Origin: Zygnema circumcarinatum SAG 698-1b
Lineage: Eukaryota; Plantae; Zygnematophyceae
Length of the DNA stretch: 64,000 nt
Direction of reading: 5' to 3'
Assembly: GCA_037447605.1 (NCBI GenBank)
Contig: CM074804.1
Location: forward strand, 2,852,001 to 2,916,000
Below, piece by piece: positions 40,181 through 56,000 of the stretch (within the stretch, counting starts at the first letter, position 1; each line of letters starts with the position of its first letter). The position numbers and the translations under genes are program-made. The notes beneath the pieces are model-generated. The model saw only the letters and a program-made list of their open reading frames with translations, was not told where the DNA came from and did not search any database.

Positions 40181-42368
40181 TCACCACCTGCGTGTGAGAG
40201 AGGGCTCAAAAAATGCCAAAACTTTTCTTTTTCTCTTCAGGAAGAAGCACAGTATTCATCTCCTCTCCCGATATCAATCGCCAGGCAGCGGCCTCCACTG
40301 CCAATCCTGCCATTGCTGGAGGCTTTTTGAGGACAAGTGGCATTCCCTCATTGGAGGCACCGATCATAGCGGCATCTTCAGGGATAACTCCGAGTAAGGG
40401 GAGACCCTGTAAGAGAGGAAAACATATGATTTAAAATTCAGGAAAAAATCCCTTTACTTTCGCTCCATGTAACTGGTATTAGATTCAAACCAAACACAGG
40501 CAAAGGATAGATAATGCACGGAGGAGAGATAATTGGTGAAGAGGCCTGCTCTACCTGCTTAACACTCCTCTTTGAACAGACTAATTCGATTGCTTGCTCT
40601 GGTTAGCATATGCCTCGAGTTTTGAATCCTTAAAAATACTCAGAGAGGTATAGGACTCACTATCTAGCAACAAACAGCACTAAGTTTGAGCCTCTATATT
40701 GAAGTTGTGAAGAAACAGTGGCACGCATAAATGCTCTGTACTCGGCAAGCTTTCTAAAGACAAGAAACCTTGACGCCTTAATTGCGTGTGGCTGCCTTTT
40801 AGTGACTGACAGAATTGGAAAATCCTGCTGTGACGGAAAAAGCTAGAAACCCTGCCTTCTGTGGTCAAAAAAATAGAATAGGAAGCAGGTAATGGAGAGA
40901 GTCGTTATCTTGATGAACAATCCCTCAGATACATCTAAACCACTACAATCTCACAATAAACTGCAGGACCAAGAAAGCTCCTTACATAAAGAAGAATATG
41001 TTATGAAGTCCTTGAAATGGATTAAATGTATGGAATAACGACTTACATTAAATTACAAAACAAGTTTCACATTTCATGAGGTTTTAACTAAATTTCCTTC
41101 TTGCAGTCTGGATTGATAGACCCCTAGGAGCACGCAATACCTCAGACTTATGCAAGCGGCAAAAGCAAAACACAACCTTTTTCTTATATGAAGCATCCTC
41201 AAAATTCACAACAGTGCAACTCCAACTTAGAAATGTAGCAATGCAGCTTCAGCGCGAATTTTCAGCGATGCAGCTTGAATCTAACGCAGCGATGCAGCTT
41301 CATAACAAAAAAAAAAATGTAACAGTGCAAACCTTACAAAGTTAAAGTCTTGAATTAAGTTCTCACCAGCATCTCGCGAACATCGCTGACAGACATCATC
41401 TGCCCGGCCTTTATAAGGTCCGATCGAACCCGGTTTATGAGCAATTTCACATCCGTAATACCATCACATTCTAGCAGGCCTGCAACACGGTCTGCATCTC
41501 GCAAGCATGTAACATCCGGCGTTGTAACAATAATAGCTTCATTAGCGGGAGTAATTGCAGTAATAAACCCGGCTTCAATTCCAGCAGGGCAGTCAAGAAG
41601 TATAAAGTGTGGGCACCCTTCTTCCCGGTCACGGAGACTCTCCACTAAAAGCAGCAAGCTTTTACCGCTGAACGTTAAGTCCACCTTCGAGCGCGGCTTC
41701 GATATGCAAAGAAGCTCAAAGTTCGGACACCTTTTGTCGCGAATGAGCGCCTGGTCGAGTCGCGCTTCTCCATTAATGACATCCTGAACCGTATACAAAA
41801 CTCTTGCTTCCAACCCTAACAAAAGGTCCAAGTTCCTGAGACCCACATCGCAGTCGATTGCAACCACCTTGAATTCGAGTCGAGCAAGAGACATTCCAAG
41901 GTTAGCTGTGATAGTGGTTTTTCCCACCCCTCCCTTCCCTGAAGTAACAACAATAACGCGAGGCATTGTACCCTTAAACTCCGGCTTTTTGGCCCACTGA
42001 AATACGGCCTTAGGTCCTCCCCCATTCTGCAACCAATGCACTGCGAGTCGCCGATCTGCAGCAGGCCTCGATTGCTGAAATCCGCCGCAAGTATCTCCGA
42101 AAAAAGCGCTTCTCAAACCGCCATTACTGCAGGCGGCTGCTTTGGGTCCTTCTTCCAGGGTTTTGCAGAATCCTGCGGAGCTTCTATCAGTCCTGCAGCT
42201 CACTCCCTCAGCAGCCATGGCTGCCTTGGCAAATAAGGGCATGCAGGCGCTGCCAGAAGATCTTGAAGCAACCACCATGGCTGGGACTGCTGCGGAAGCT
42301 GACGCAGACACATGGCGCAAGGAGCAGCTTCCAGCGCTCGCTGGAGAAAACAGGCCTGCTGCTGACAT
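40181..42368 (-). CDS. MinD: Plastid division site-determining ATPase MinD with N-terminal transit peptide (2 coding exons)
   Basis: Exon 42368-41367: Ser/Ala-rich ~120-aa extension, deviant Walker A TSGKGGVGKTT, DCDVGLRNLDLLLGLE, LDCPAGIEAGF, VTTPDVTCLRDADRV, INRVR. Exon 40406-40181: GLPLLGVIPED...SNEGMPLVL...AAWRL. Confidence 0.95.
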
Positions 42369-43731
42369 GGCTGCTCAGAGCTGCCTTTCAGAATCTAAGG
42401 GGGGAAGAGAGAGTGAGAGAGAGAAAGAGGACCCTGCAATGGTTGTCTTGTTGCAACAGCACACGATAAGGAGAAGCGAAGTGGGAGAAGGAAAAGGAGA
42501 GCAGGGTAGAGGGCGAGAGAGCGGGCGAAAGGAGAGGGAGGGGGAGAATAGCGCAGGGGCGAGCTCCAATGTATGGAGGCCCTGCGGGCAGACAGGCGGG
42601 CGGGCAAGGAGCCGTTGCAGGAGCGCAGCGCGCCCTCTCCCCTTTGAAAATGGGGCAGGCGAGCGCCCGCACGTGTGAACCCCGCACGTGCGACCGTGGT
42701 TCAAGAATCGAGAATTCAAGATGGCACCTACTGTACGGCCTACGCGTGAACGACGAGCAGTGCCGGCACGGGCCCTGTGTGAACACTGAACAGGAATAGT
42801 GTGAACGGGTCCGTATTGCTACCACTGTACGGCACAGGTTTCAGGGCCTTCAAAGCTCAGACGCCTTTGGGGTTCAGGAGCACGGAGTCCGTACAGGTTT
42901 GGTTTGCGAGTTGGCACCGGCCCTCGCCCAGCGGGTGGGTAGCCGTTGAGGGGCGATTTCAAAACAAAAAAAGGGGAAGGAATAGACGGCTTCGATGCGT
43001 CCCCAGGGACGGATGGAGATCGACGGTGAAGGAGGCCCCGAGTGCAGGTGTGCTCACCAACGGTGCGGATGAGTGCGTGCGGGCGAGGCCGCCATCCAAC
43101 GGTCAGTGTGCGTCGTTTCAAACGGCGTTTTGTCCTTTAGCTGGCCATGCGGTGGCGTCCAGTGCCTTCGGGCGGCGGTGACTGCCTCGGATGGCATTGC
43201 CTGCGCCGTACAGAGCTGCATTTTGGTGCACCTTGACTCGCGGAACATGCCGGCTCGGCAATAGCAAACGAGGTCAGTTAGGAAATTTAAGATGGACAGG
43301 GTAACAAAGTTTATGTCGCCGTATGGCAGTCAAAAATACTCTCAGAACTCAGTCAACCATTTTTGCCACCACAACTAAAAATTTGTTCCTAAAGGGATGA
43401 CCAGCTCACATGAGTTCAGCTAGCTGCAAACCTTCGGTACTAAAGAAGTGAGAAGGTCCAAATGACTGTGAACCCTAAACCCTAAAGAACTTTGCAGAAT
43501 AAACACTAAATGTCGCTCTGCCACTGTGATTGTGATCTGGACGCCTGTCCTAAACTGAATGCATTGAAAACAATAGAAGAATAGCGGCAATATTCTGATC
43601 AGCAATATTCCCTCCCGAGCACCCTAAACCACCCTAACCCTACCCCTAACCCTAACCCTAACCCTAACCATAATAATCCTAACCTAACCCTAGCTCTAAA
43701 CTTCAAGCAATACCCCGAAACGGGATTCCAT

Positions 43732-45156
43732 TTAACTAACTGTACATATGCTCTTGTCCGCGCCGTGCTCTGCCTCTGCATGCGCCACCAACGTCACCAC
43801 ATCCGCGAAAGCTCGTCCGCATCTCGGACACATCTCCCTCCCTTCGCCTCTCTCTCCCACACCGGTCAATCCAAATCCCTCCCGCGGCCCCCCTCCCGGC
43901 CCCCCTAAATGCATATTATCCACGTGCATGATGAGCTCCGGAACATCCCTAAATTGGGCGGAGCACTGCGGACACTGCTCACTACTCCCTTCCCCCCTGC
44001 TCCTTGCTGCTCTCACTTCTTCCTCCCTTTCTCTGCTTGCCGATCCTGTTGCCGACCCTGTTGCCGTTGCCGTTGCCGTTACTCTTCCCGTTTCCGTTCC
44101 AGTTGCCGTTGCCGTAGTGGATGACGGAGTCCCCCGCGCTACGGCAGAGAGAGCCTCCAGCCGCGTCCTCTCCCAATCCGTCTGCCGGCGATGGGCGGAG
44201 CCTCTCACAGTGTTGGCGGGCTCGTCTGCAGCACCGTGAGGAGGAGGAGGAGGAGGAGAACGTTTTGGGGAGATGTGTCTCTATGTCTCTGCTGAATCAT
44301 ATTTCCTAAGTTTTGGATCAAGCTCAGCCTGTCTCTCCGGGGTATTGACATGATGCTTTACAATGCTGAGAATTTTTTTGGTTGGTCAGTCCGTCATGCT
44401 GCTCAAACCATGCGACTGTAAACTAGTGCTTGAATTTCAACATTACTTAATGTGATACAAAGATGATATTCGCACCTCTGTTCCCTTTCAGTTGTGCACT
44501 TGCCCCTGCGCCCGCCCTCCTGCTCGCTGCTGCAGCAGCCGCCGCCGCAGCTGCAGCAGAGCTTGATCGAGAAGTTGTTGCAATTTTGGGCTTCTCCCTC
44601 AGTTCCACCCTTGCAGGTCCGGCTTTAGGGGAGGACGCATTTTGGGTTGGAGCTGTCAGTCCCGTTGATCTCTGAAAATTCTGCAAAAACCGCTCTCCAA
44701 ATATGCTGCTTGAAGTCGCAGAGTTTTTCTTTTTCTGCCCGCCGGTGCAGAGATGGTCGGGTCCAAAGCGGTGCTTCAAGCAGGTCTCCTGCTCGCAGTC
44801 GCGGCATTTGATTGTGTTGGAGAAGGAAAGGACCTCCTTGCAGTTCTTCACAGGACATTTCTTCTTCTTTGTGACCCTGCGCCACCACGGAGAACACATT
44901 TACATTTTATTAGGAATTTAACAAATTTCGAAAAAGGGGACACGCGCTTAAACTATGCATCATCCTTTCATACTCTAAATAGATGAAAGACTGTCCTTGA
45001 ACGATTTGCATGCAAAGCGGAAATCCTAAAGCTGAGAAAAAATTACAGAATAGGAACACAGCAAACACAGAAGGACCTCTGTCCAGAACCTTCATTCCAG
45101 CGTTTGATGATTAGTCCCTTCAACGAGACCCGCAAAAGTTGTCAACTTTCTCTCGC

Positions 45157-45232
<76 letters not shown>

Positions 45233-45582
45233 TCAGCATGTTACAATGCTTCCGACGCACACATCCCAACACAGATCCAAAAACATCCAGAAATTCACAA
45301 ATTTTCAGGCATTTGTACGATAAAAAAACCCATTTGCCAAAGCACAGGCCTCATACTTGGCATAGTTGGAGGGGTCGCAGCCTGACGTGGCGCTGTGGCG
45401 GTTCCACGCAGAGTTGGGCTCCTCCTCCGCCGAAATTCGGATCGCTTTCGCACAGAGGGGGCAGATGATGCACGTCACTTCGCCCTTCGCCGCTTTCAGA
45501 CACGCGTGCGAGGCGTAGGATCGATGATCAAGACATAAAATCTGAGTAGAAGGGAGGAGAAAAGTGCCATAGAGAGAGAGCG

Positions 45583-45623
<41 letters not shown>

Positions 45624-46131
45624 AACATCAGTGGGATGCGCTCTCGCAGAGTTTGCATGAATCTCTCTCTCCTCCCCATCTCCCTCTCTCTCTCTCTCAC
45701 TCACTCTCCCCCACTCCCGTCTCTCTCTCGCTCTGCCCCTATCTCCCCACTCCCCACTTTCCTCGCCTCTCCCCCCCCCCTCTATCTCTTTCGCTCTTTC
45801 GCTTCGTTTTAGGGTTTGGGAAATGCGGCAACTTCTTGGGTGGAACGAATGGGCCAAGTGGCAAACCCTAATTTTCTATTTGGGAACCCTAAAATAGATT
45901 TCAAAGAAGAGAAGCAACAAGCTGGCAGACGTTTGACAACGACAAAAGAAGAAAGTGAAACATAAATAATTGAGCTCATCAAAATGGAAAGCGAATACAA
46001 CAAAAAATTTGGGGCTTGCAATTTTGACCGACCTTCTCACATTTATCGCATTTGAACGGCAAAAAGTCGATGAGGCTGCAACTATCCACGGAGCAGTGCT
46101 TCCCCAAATCCGGAAACTCTGGCGTGCCCAT
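43732..46131 (-). CDS. SAP: Zinc finger AN1 and C2H2 domain stress-associated protein (SAP11/13-like; ZFAND2/AIRAP family)
   Basis: Exons 46131-46033 (MGTPEFPDLGKHCSVDSCSLIDFLPFKCDKC), ~45542-45358 (CLDHRSYASHAC, CPLC), ~44877-44476 (CPVKNC..CRDC..CLKHRFGPDHLC), ~44226-43732 (CPQC..HVDNMH; CPRC..HAEAEH; ends CTVS*). Confidence 0.92.
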
Positions 46132-47254
46132 TAACAAAAAAAAAAAAAAAAAAAAAAAAGGGGGAACCGGGGGGGAAGACAGGACACAGAGAATACTGAA
46201 ATAGTATTGACAAAAAAAATTGGAAAAAAATTGCCTTTGCAGTCGCTTGAGAGCGCGTGTACGGAGAGTGCCAGCGTGGCACTCGACCGTACCAATTCGT
46301 ACAGGACCGTACAACGCAGCTACTCGCATATCTTTGACGTTTTCTTGACGCAGTTACTGTACGCTTCACAGCATAGAAACTACACGTTTCGCAGGTTCTA
46401 GCTTACAAATATAACAGAACTGCGGTCACCATGGAGCCGAAGAATTCAGCCAATCATATTGTCGCTCGAGTGCACAATTCCCACGAGTTGCACACGTGTC
46501 CATCGCTCATTAGCCTCTGCCTCGTTAACAAACCGTACGTCCCTACAGCTCGGCACTTCTCCGTACGGTACGAACTGGAAAGATCTTGAGACGATGGAAA
46601 AAAGCGGCCGCTGAACGTCGTCGGCGACCCCGCATCTCCGCTGTCCGTTGCACGTGTGAACAATCTTCGCCGTCCGTTGCACGTGTGTTTCAACATTGCG
46701 GCTGCATTGGTAACCGTCTGTCCTGGTGAGTGAAGTCTTTTGCGTCCCAGATCGGTCCGCGGAGGGCAGGGGACCGTATATATAGCGTGAGGGATGAAGC
46801 AGGGGGGGCAGAAGTGGGAGAGGGCGAGGGAGGGAGCGAAAGGGCGAGAGAGGGAGAGGGAGTGGGAGAGAGTGGGGGGGGGGGGCAGAGGGAGAGGAAG
46901 GAGCCAGGGGCGCGGAAGTGGAGTGAGGGTCACACGACGGAGGGAGAGGGGTGGGGAGGGACGCGGAAGTGGGAGGTGAGGGCGACGGTGAGGAGAGGAA
47001 AAGTTTTGAGGGAAGGGAAACGAGTGTTTGAGGGAGGCAGTAGGGTGAGCTAGGGTAGGGAGGGAGCAGGAGAGGCGGAGTGAGGGGAGACGGGATAGAT
47101 AGAAAGAGAAAGAGAAGACGGAGAGAAAAAGGGAAGGAAGGGGAATAGAGAGAGGGGGCGGCGGCTTTCTTATCACCAGAAAGGTCCCTCCAAGATCCAA
47201 ATCTTCTTCTCTCCTTGGAATTTTTTCCTGTCTGGAAATTTCCAGCTTATCACA

Positions 47255-51716
<4,462 letters not shown>

Positions 51717-52779
51717 CAAATAACGCGAACATGAGTTGTGGTTTAGCGAATTGTTAGAGAGGGACTTGGCAGTTCCTTTTGTGGCGATTAAAAGTTGGGA
51801 GGGATAACGGTCGGCATTTGGTTAGCCTTCTCGTTTTGTTCGTTTTTAGGGGATCGGTGCGGGCATCTGCGAGAGTGGGAGAGAGAATGAGAGGGAGAAA
51901 GGAGAGGAGAGGGATAGATCGAGGGGAGAGAGAGAGAGAGAGAGAGAAAGAGAGTGAAAGTGAGAGAGTGGGTTATCAGGAGGCAAATGGTCGCATAGTA
52001 CGTCATGATTTCTAGGGCACTGTTGGGCTCACAAAAGTGAGCTAGACGTGTAACATTTCTGTTCGTTTCACTTTTTTATGTTCACGCTGCATGTCTAGAC
52101 ATTGTATTTAGAAAAAAACGCAATTTTGACCGATAAATGAGTTGGAACAGTTCCATGTGAAAGTGGAATTTTGTCGAGATTCTTTAAATTCTGTCGATTT
52201 ACGGTTTCTTTGTCTTTTGGCTGTTCTTGTTTCACGGAACTTGGCTGAACTGTAAGGTGCGCTCTGCGGGGACGGATGTTCGTAAAATCGCATTCAATAT
52301 TCGTTGTTCAGTACAGTACTCGGTATTAGGATTTTGGTATCGGTATTCAGTACTCAGTATTCGGTATTCAGTGTTCACCAAATTTGGGATTCGCTTGGCT
52401 GGAATTCGTTAATAAATTGTTGAAATATGCACAATATTCATGGTGCGACATATGTCCAATAGTGCGACGCGCATGCGCTATCGCACGCATTCATGTCGCA
52501 CTAAGGACAATGTGTCGCACTATGAGAACAATACCGCCAAAACTGCCCAAACCGCCCAAACCGCCCAAACCGCCTCACCTCCGCCTCGCATCGCCCCATG
52601 TACGAGACATTGTGCCGAGAACCGAAGCCACAAACTTCCTGATTTTCTTTTTTTGAAAGAAAAGAAAATTGTCAAACCATGAACTGGAATACCTTCGCCA
52701 GATTTACAATCTGTATCTCTTAAACTCTTTTCTTTTTTTCGACCCGACCCCGACGCTTATGCTGACCTTAGCCCTGCAA

Positions 52780-53040
52780 TCTTTCGTCCTGAACCTATCC
52801 CCTAACTCTCAACCTCAGCTGAATCCCAATTCTAAACCTGAACCCTGAATCCTAAAAATCTCAACCCAGAAACCCGACACCCATCGTTCTAGACCGTGAA
52901 CCCTGTTCCTTAGACTCTGAGCCCGAAAGCGTCTACCCTAACCCTTACCCTAAACCCTGAATCATCAACCCGAAACCCTAAACCCTAAACACTAAACCCT
53001 AAACCCTTAATTCTGAACCCTGAACCCTAAACCCTGAACC
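52780..53040. repeat. Degenerate interstitial telomere-like (AAACCCT/GAACCCT)n tract immediately upstream of the GT92 ATG; similar tracts at 53690-53900 and 54220-54840
   Basis: cgaaaccctaaaccctaaacactaaaccctaaacccttaattctgaaccctgaaccctaaaccctgaacc. Confidence 0.8.
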
Positions 53041-53047
53041 CGGTTCC

Positions 53048-56000
53048 ATGGATCCCTCGGCCTCCTCCGCGCGTTCCCGCGCTCCGCAGAGCGCTTTGGA
53101 GGAGCGGTCGGACCGAAAATATCAGAAAAGCGGAGCGCCTATTTTCAAGCCTTTGTTGACATACTTACAGCCGGCTCCTGTACGAAGAAACACTCTTTTT
53201 TAGCTTAGCCTAGCTTACTTTTTTTTTTTTTTTAAACATAATCTCAAAACCGCTTTCAATTTTTACCTCTTTTTCTTTTTGAAGTATCAGAGGGGTTCAC
53301 AAAATTTCTGGCCGAGCACGCATTGGAGAGGTCATCCCTTTTTTTTTCCGCTTGCTTTTCGTATTATTAGCGTGAGCAATGTTCCTTTCTTCCCCCCCTT
53401 TTTTTTTTTTTTTTTCATTTTTTCCTTGGGAAGAGGTCCAGGTGCCCCTCGTGCTTTTTGCAGCCCTTGTGGCGATCTTCACTCTCGCGGTGCGCCTTCA
53501 AGAACTGAAAAATATTGCCTTCTCTTCTCTTCTCGTGGTTTTTTTTTTTTGTTTGTTTCTTGCCTTCGATGACTTGTAAGGACTCAATAGACCGCAGTTT
53601 CTGAACCCCCTGAAAATGTTCAAACTTTAATCCCTGAATCTTAAATCCGGAACTTGAAGAAACCTGCTTGAAACCGTATTGCCCAAAAGCCCAACCCGAA
53701 ACCCTAAATCCTAAACCCTAAAATCCACGGCCTCAATAGACCGCATTTTCTGAACCCCCCGAAAATGTTCAAACTTTAAATCCTAAACTTGAAAACTTGC
53801 CCTAAACCGCACAACCCTAAACCCGAAACCCTGAACCCTAAACTCTAATCCTATGACCCTAGAAACCTAAACCCTGAACCCTAAACTTTAGACCTAAAAA
53901 TCCGAACGCCTCATTCGATTTATATTTTTTCATTTTTTGTCGCAGGTTCGAAATTTTAATTTGGGTCGGCAACTATCCGAACATGTAGCGGCTGTTCAGT
54001 TGCAGGCTTCGCAGTTGGAGGAGCAGGAAAAGACTATTGTGGAACTGAGAGAAAAAATTGGAACGGAAATTTTCATCCCTCAAATAAGTGATATGCCCGA
54101 AATGCAAAAAGCAATGGAGGTACGGAAATGTGGAAAATAGTTTAGTTTACGCTTCCGGGTTTAGTCTGCAAGCATTCAGGGTTGGAGACCAGAGGGTTTG
54201 AGATTTAAACTTGAAGGTTTGAGGAGTTAGGGTTAGGATCTAGGGCTTAGGGTTGCTGTCCTTTAGGGTTTACGTTTCTACGGTTGGGATTGAAGGTTGA
54301 GAATTTAGGGTTTGAAGTTAACCTTTTGGGCGAACATGCGAGTGACCTAGCACAGAACGAACGAAGGAGGAGGAGCAGAGAAAATCTGAAACATAAAATA
54401 CTAAAAAAAAGAGTACAAAAAGAAAAAAAAAAGGGGTAAATACTTTCAATAATAAACATCTGATCTGATCGATATTGAACTGAAATTTATGACAAACTGA
54501 TTATTTCTTTCTTTTTTCTTAAAAAAGAATCCCCGAGTCTGCCTGCCTTCCTGCTCAGGCCGTGATCGGTGTCGGGGACTCCGCGGACCGCCCCCTCTGG
54601 CCCAAGTGGCTGCCTCCAGAAAACGACAAAAAATGGCGCCAGCACTTCTTCCGGACGCGCGGGACGCGAGACTTACTGCAATTCAGGTACGGGGGGGGAC
54701 ATGGATTTTGGGCTTACAGGGGTTTTAGGGTTTGCAGGAATTTTTAGGGTTTTAGGGTCTTCGAGTTTTAGGGTTTTTAGTGTTTATAGATGGGTTTCGA
54801 AGATAAGAGTAAGGGTTTAAGGGATAGATAAGATAAAGGGTTTAGAAGCATACAAGTATACAAGCTTGCAGCCCACATTTGTAATTTGTTTTTGGTCAAA
54901 ACTGGAGATTTGTCGATTTTGGGCGGAAAGAAGCGGCGAGCTTATGAAGGACGGAGTTGTTGGGTTTAGGGTTTTGCGTCCTGGCGAAGGTGTTTAGGGT
55001 TTTGGAGCCGTTTGAAGGTTTTGTTGATCTTTGTGTTTCATACTGCTCTCCCTCCCTTCCCTCCACTCTGCCTGTCTCCCCTCCCTCTCTTCTCCCTCTT
55101 CCTCTCCCTCCCATCCTGCTTTCTCTGAACTCTCCTTCCTGATCTCCCTTCCTCCTTTCCCCTCGCCCCCTCTTCTCAACTCTACTTTTCCTTCTGCTCA
55201 CCTCCTCCCTTCACCTCTCTCTCACACTCTCTCTCGCTCACTCTCTCTCACTCGCTCTCTCACTCTCTCCGTCCCCCCCTTTTGTTTTTTTTGATATCTG
55301 CAGCTCCTACCGCCTGAGCCCTAAGAAATTTGGAATGGCCGCTTTGGCCTCCACACGTCTAAGGGAGCACCGCCAACTCCACCACTGCACGTGGTACGAG
55401 GCAGGGGGAGAGGGAGAGGGAGAGAAAGGGAGGGAGGGAGGGATTCAGGGCACTCTCCACATAGCGTACGAAGGGGATTTGAAAGAAAGCGCTCCCTATG
55501 ACCTCCATGTAAGGCCCCTTTCTCTCTCTCTCTCTCTCTCTCTCTCAACCACCTGAAACCCTAAAACATGTAAAAGCTATTTCTTTCTATGTGGGCCCAC
55601 CATAGCACTCCCTTATCGTCAAACCCTCTCCACACCTATTACAGCAACTAGTCGTTTGGCTATTTCTGTAATTATTCATTCATTCATTCATTTCTGCATC
55701 GTTTGGGCAGTACGAAGCGGTCGCTTTAATTTGCAATTTAACTTCGCCGACGGGGTCCGGCGGAGGGCACGTGGTCGCCGCGGTGGACTACGAGTCGTTT
55801 GTCATGTTCCGGGAAGAGGGAAATACCGTGAGTCTCCCTATAACGCCCCACTCTTAAATTAAACTTAAAGTTAAATTTACTTTTCTTTTTCATTTTATGC
55901 TGATTTGTTTGAATAAGGCCTACATAACTAAAATAAAAAAAAAATAAAAAAAATGAAACTTCTCCTTTTGTCTGCTTTCCTGTTCGTTTGCTGTCTTAGC

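Noticed and set aside
53583-53790. ~50-bp direct repeat (ctcaatagaccgca...ttcaaactttaa) in a GT92 intron
   Set aside because: It is a simple local duplication amid telomere-like repeats with no LTR hallmarks.
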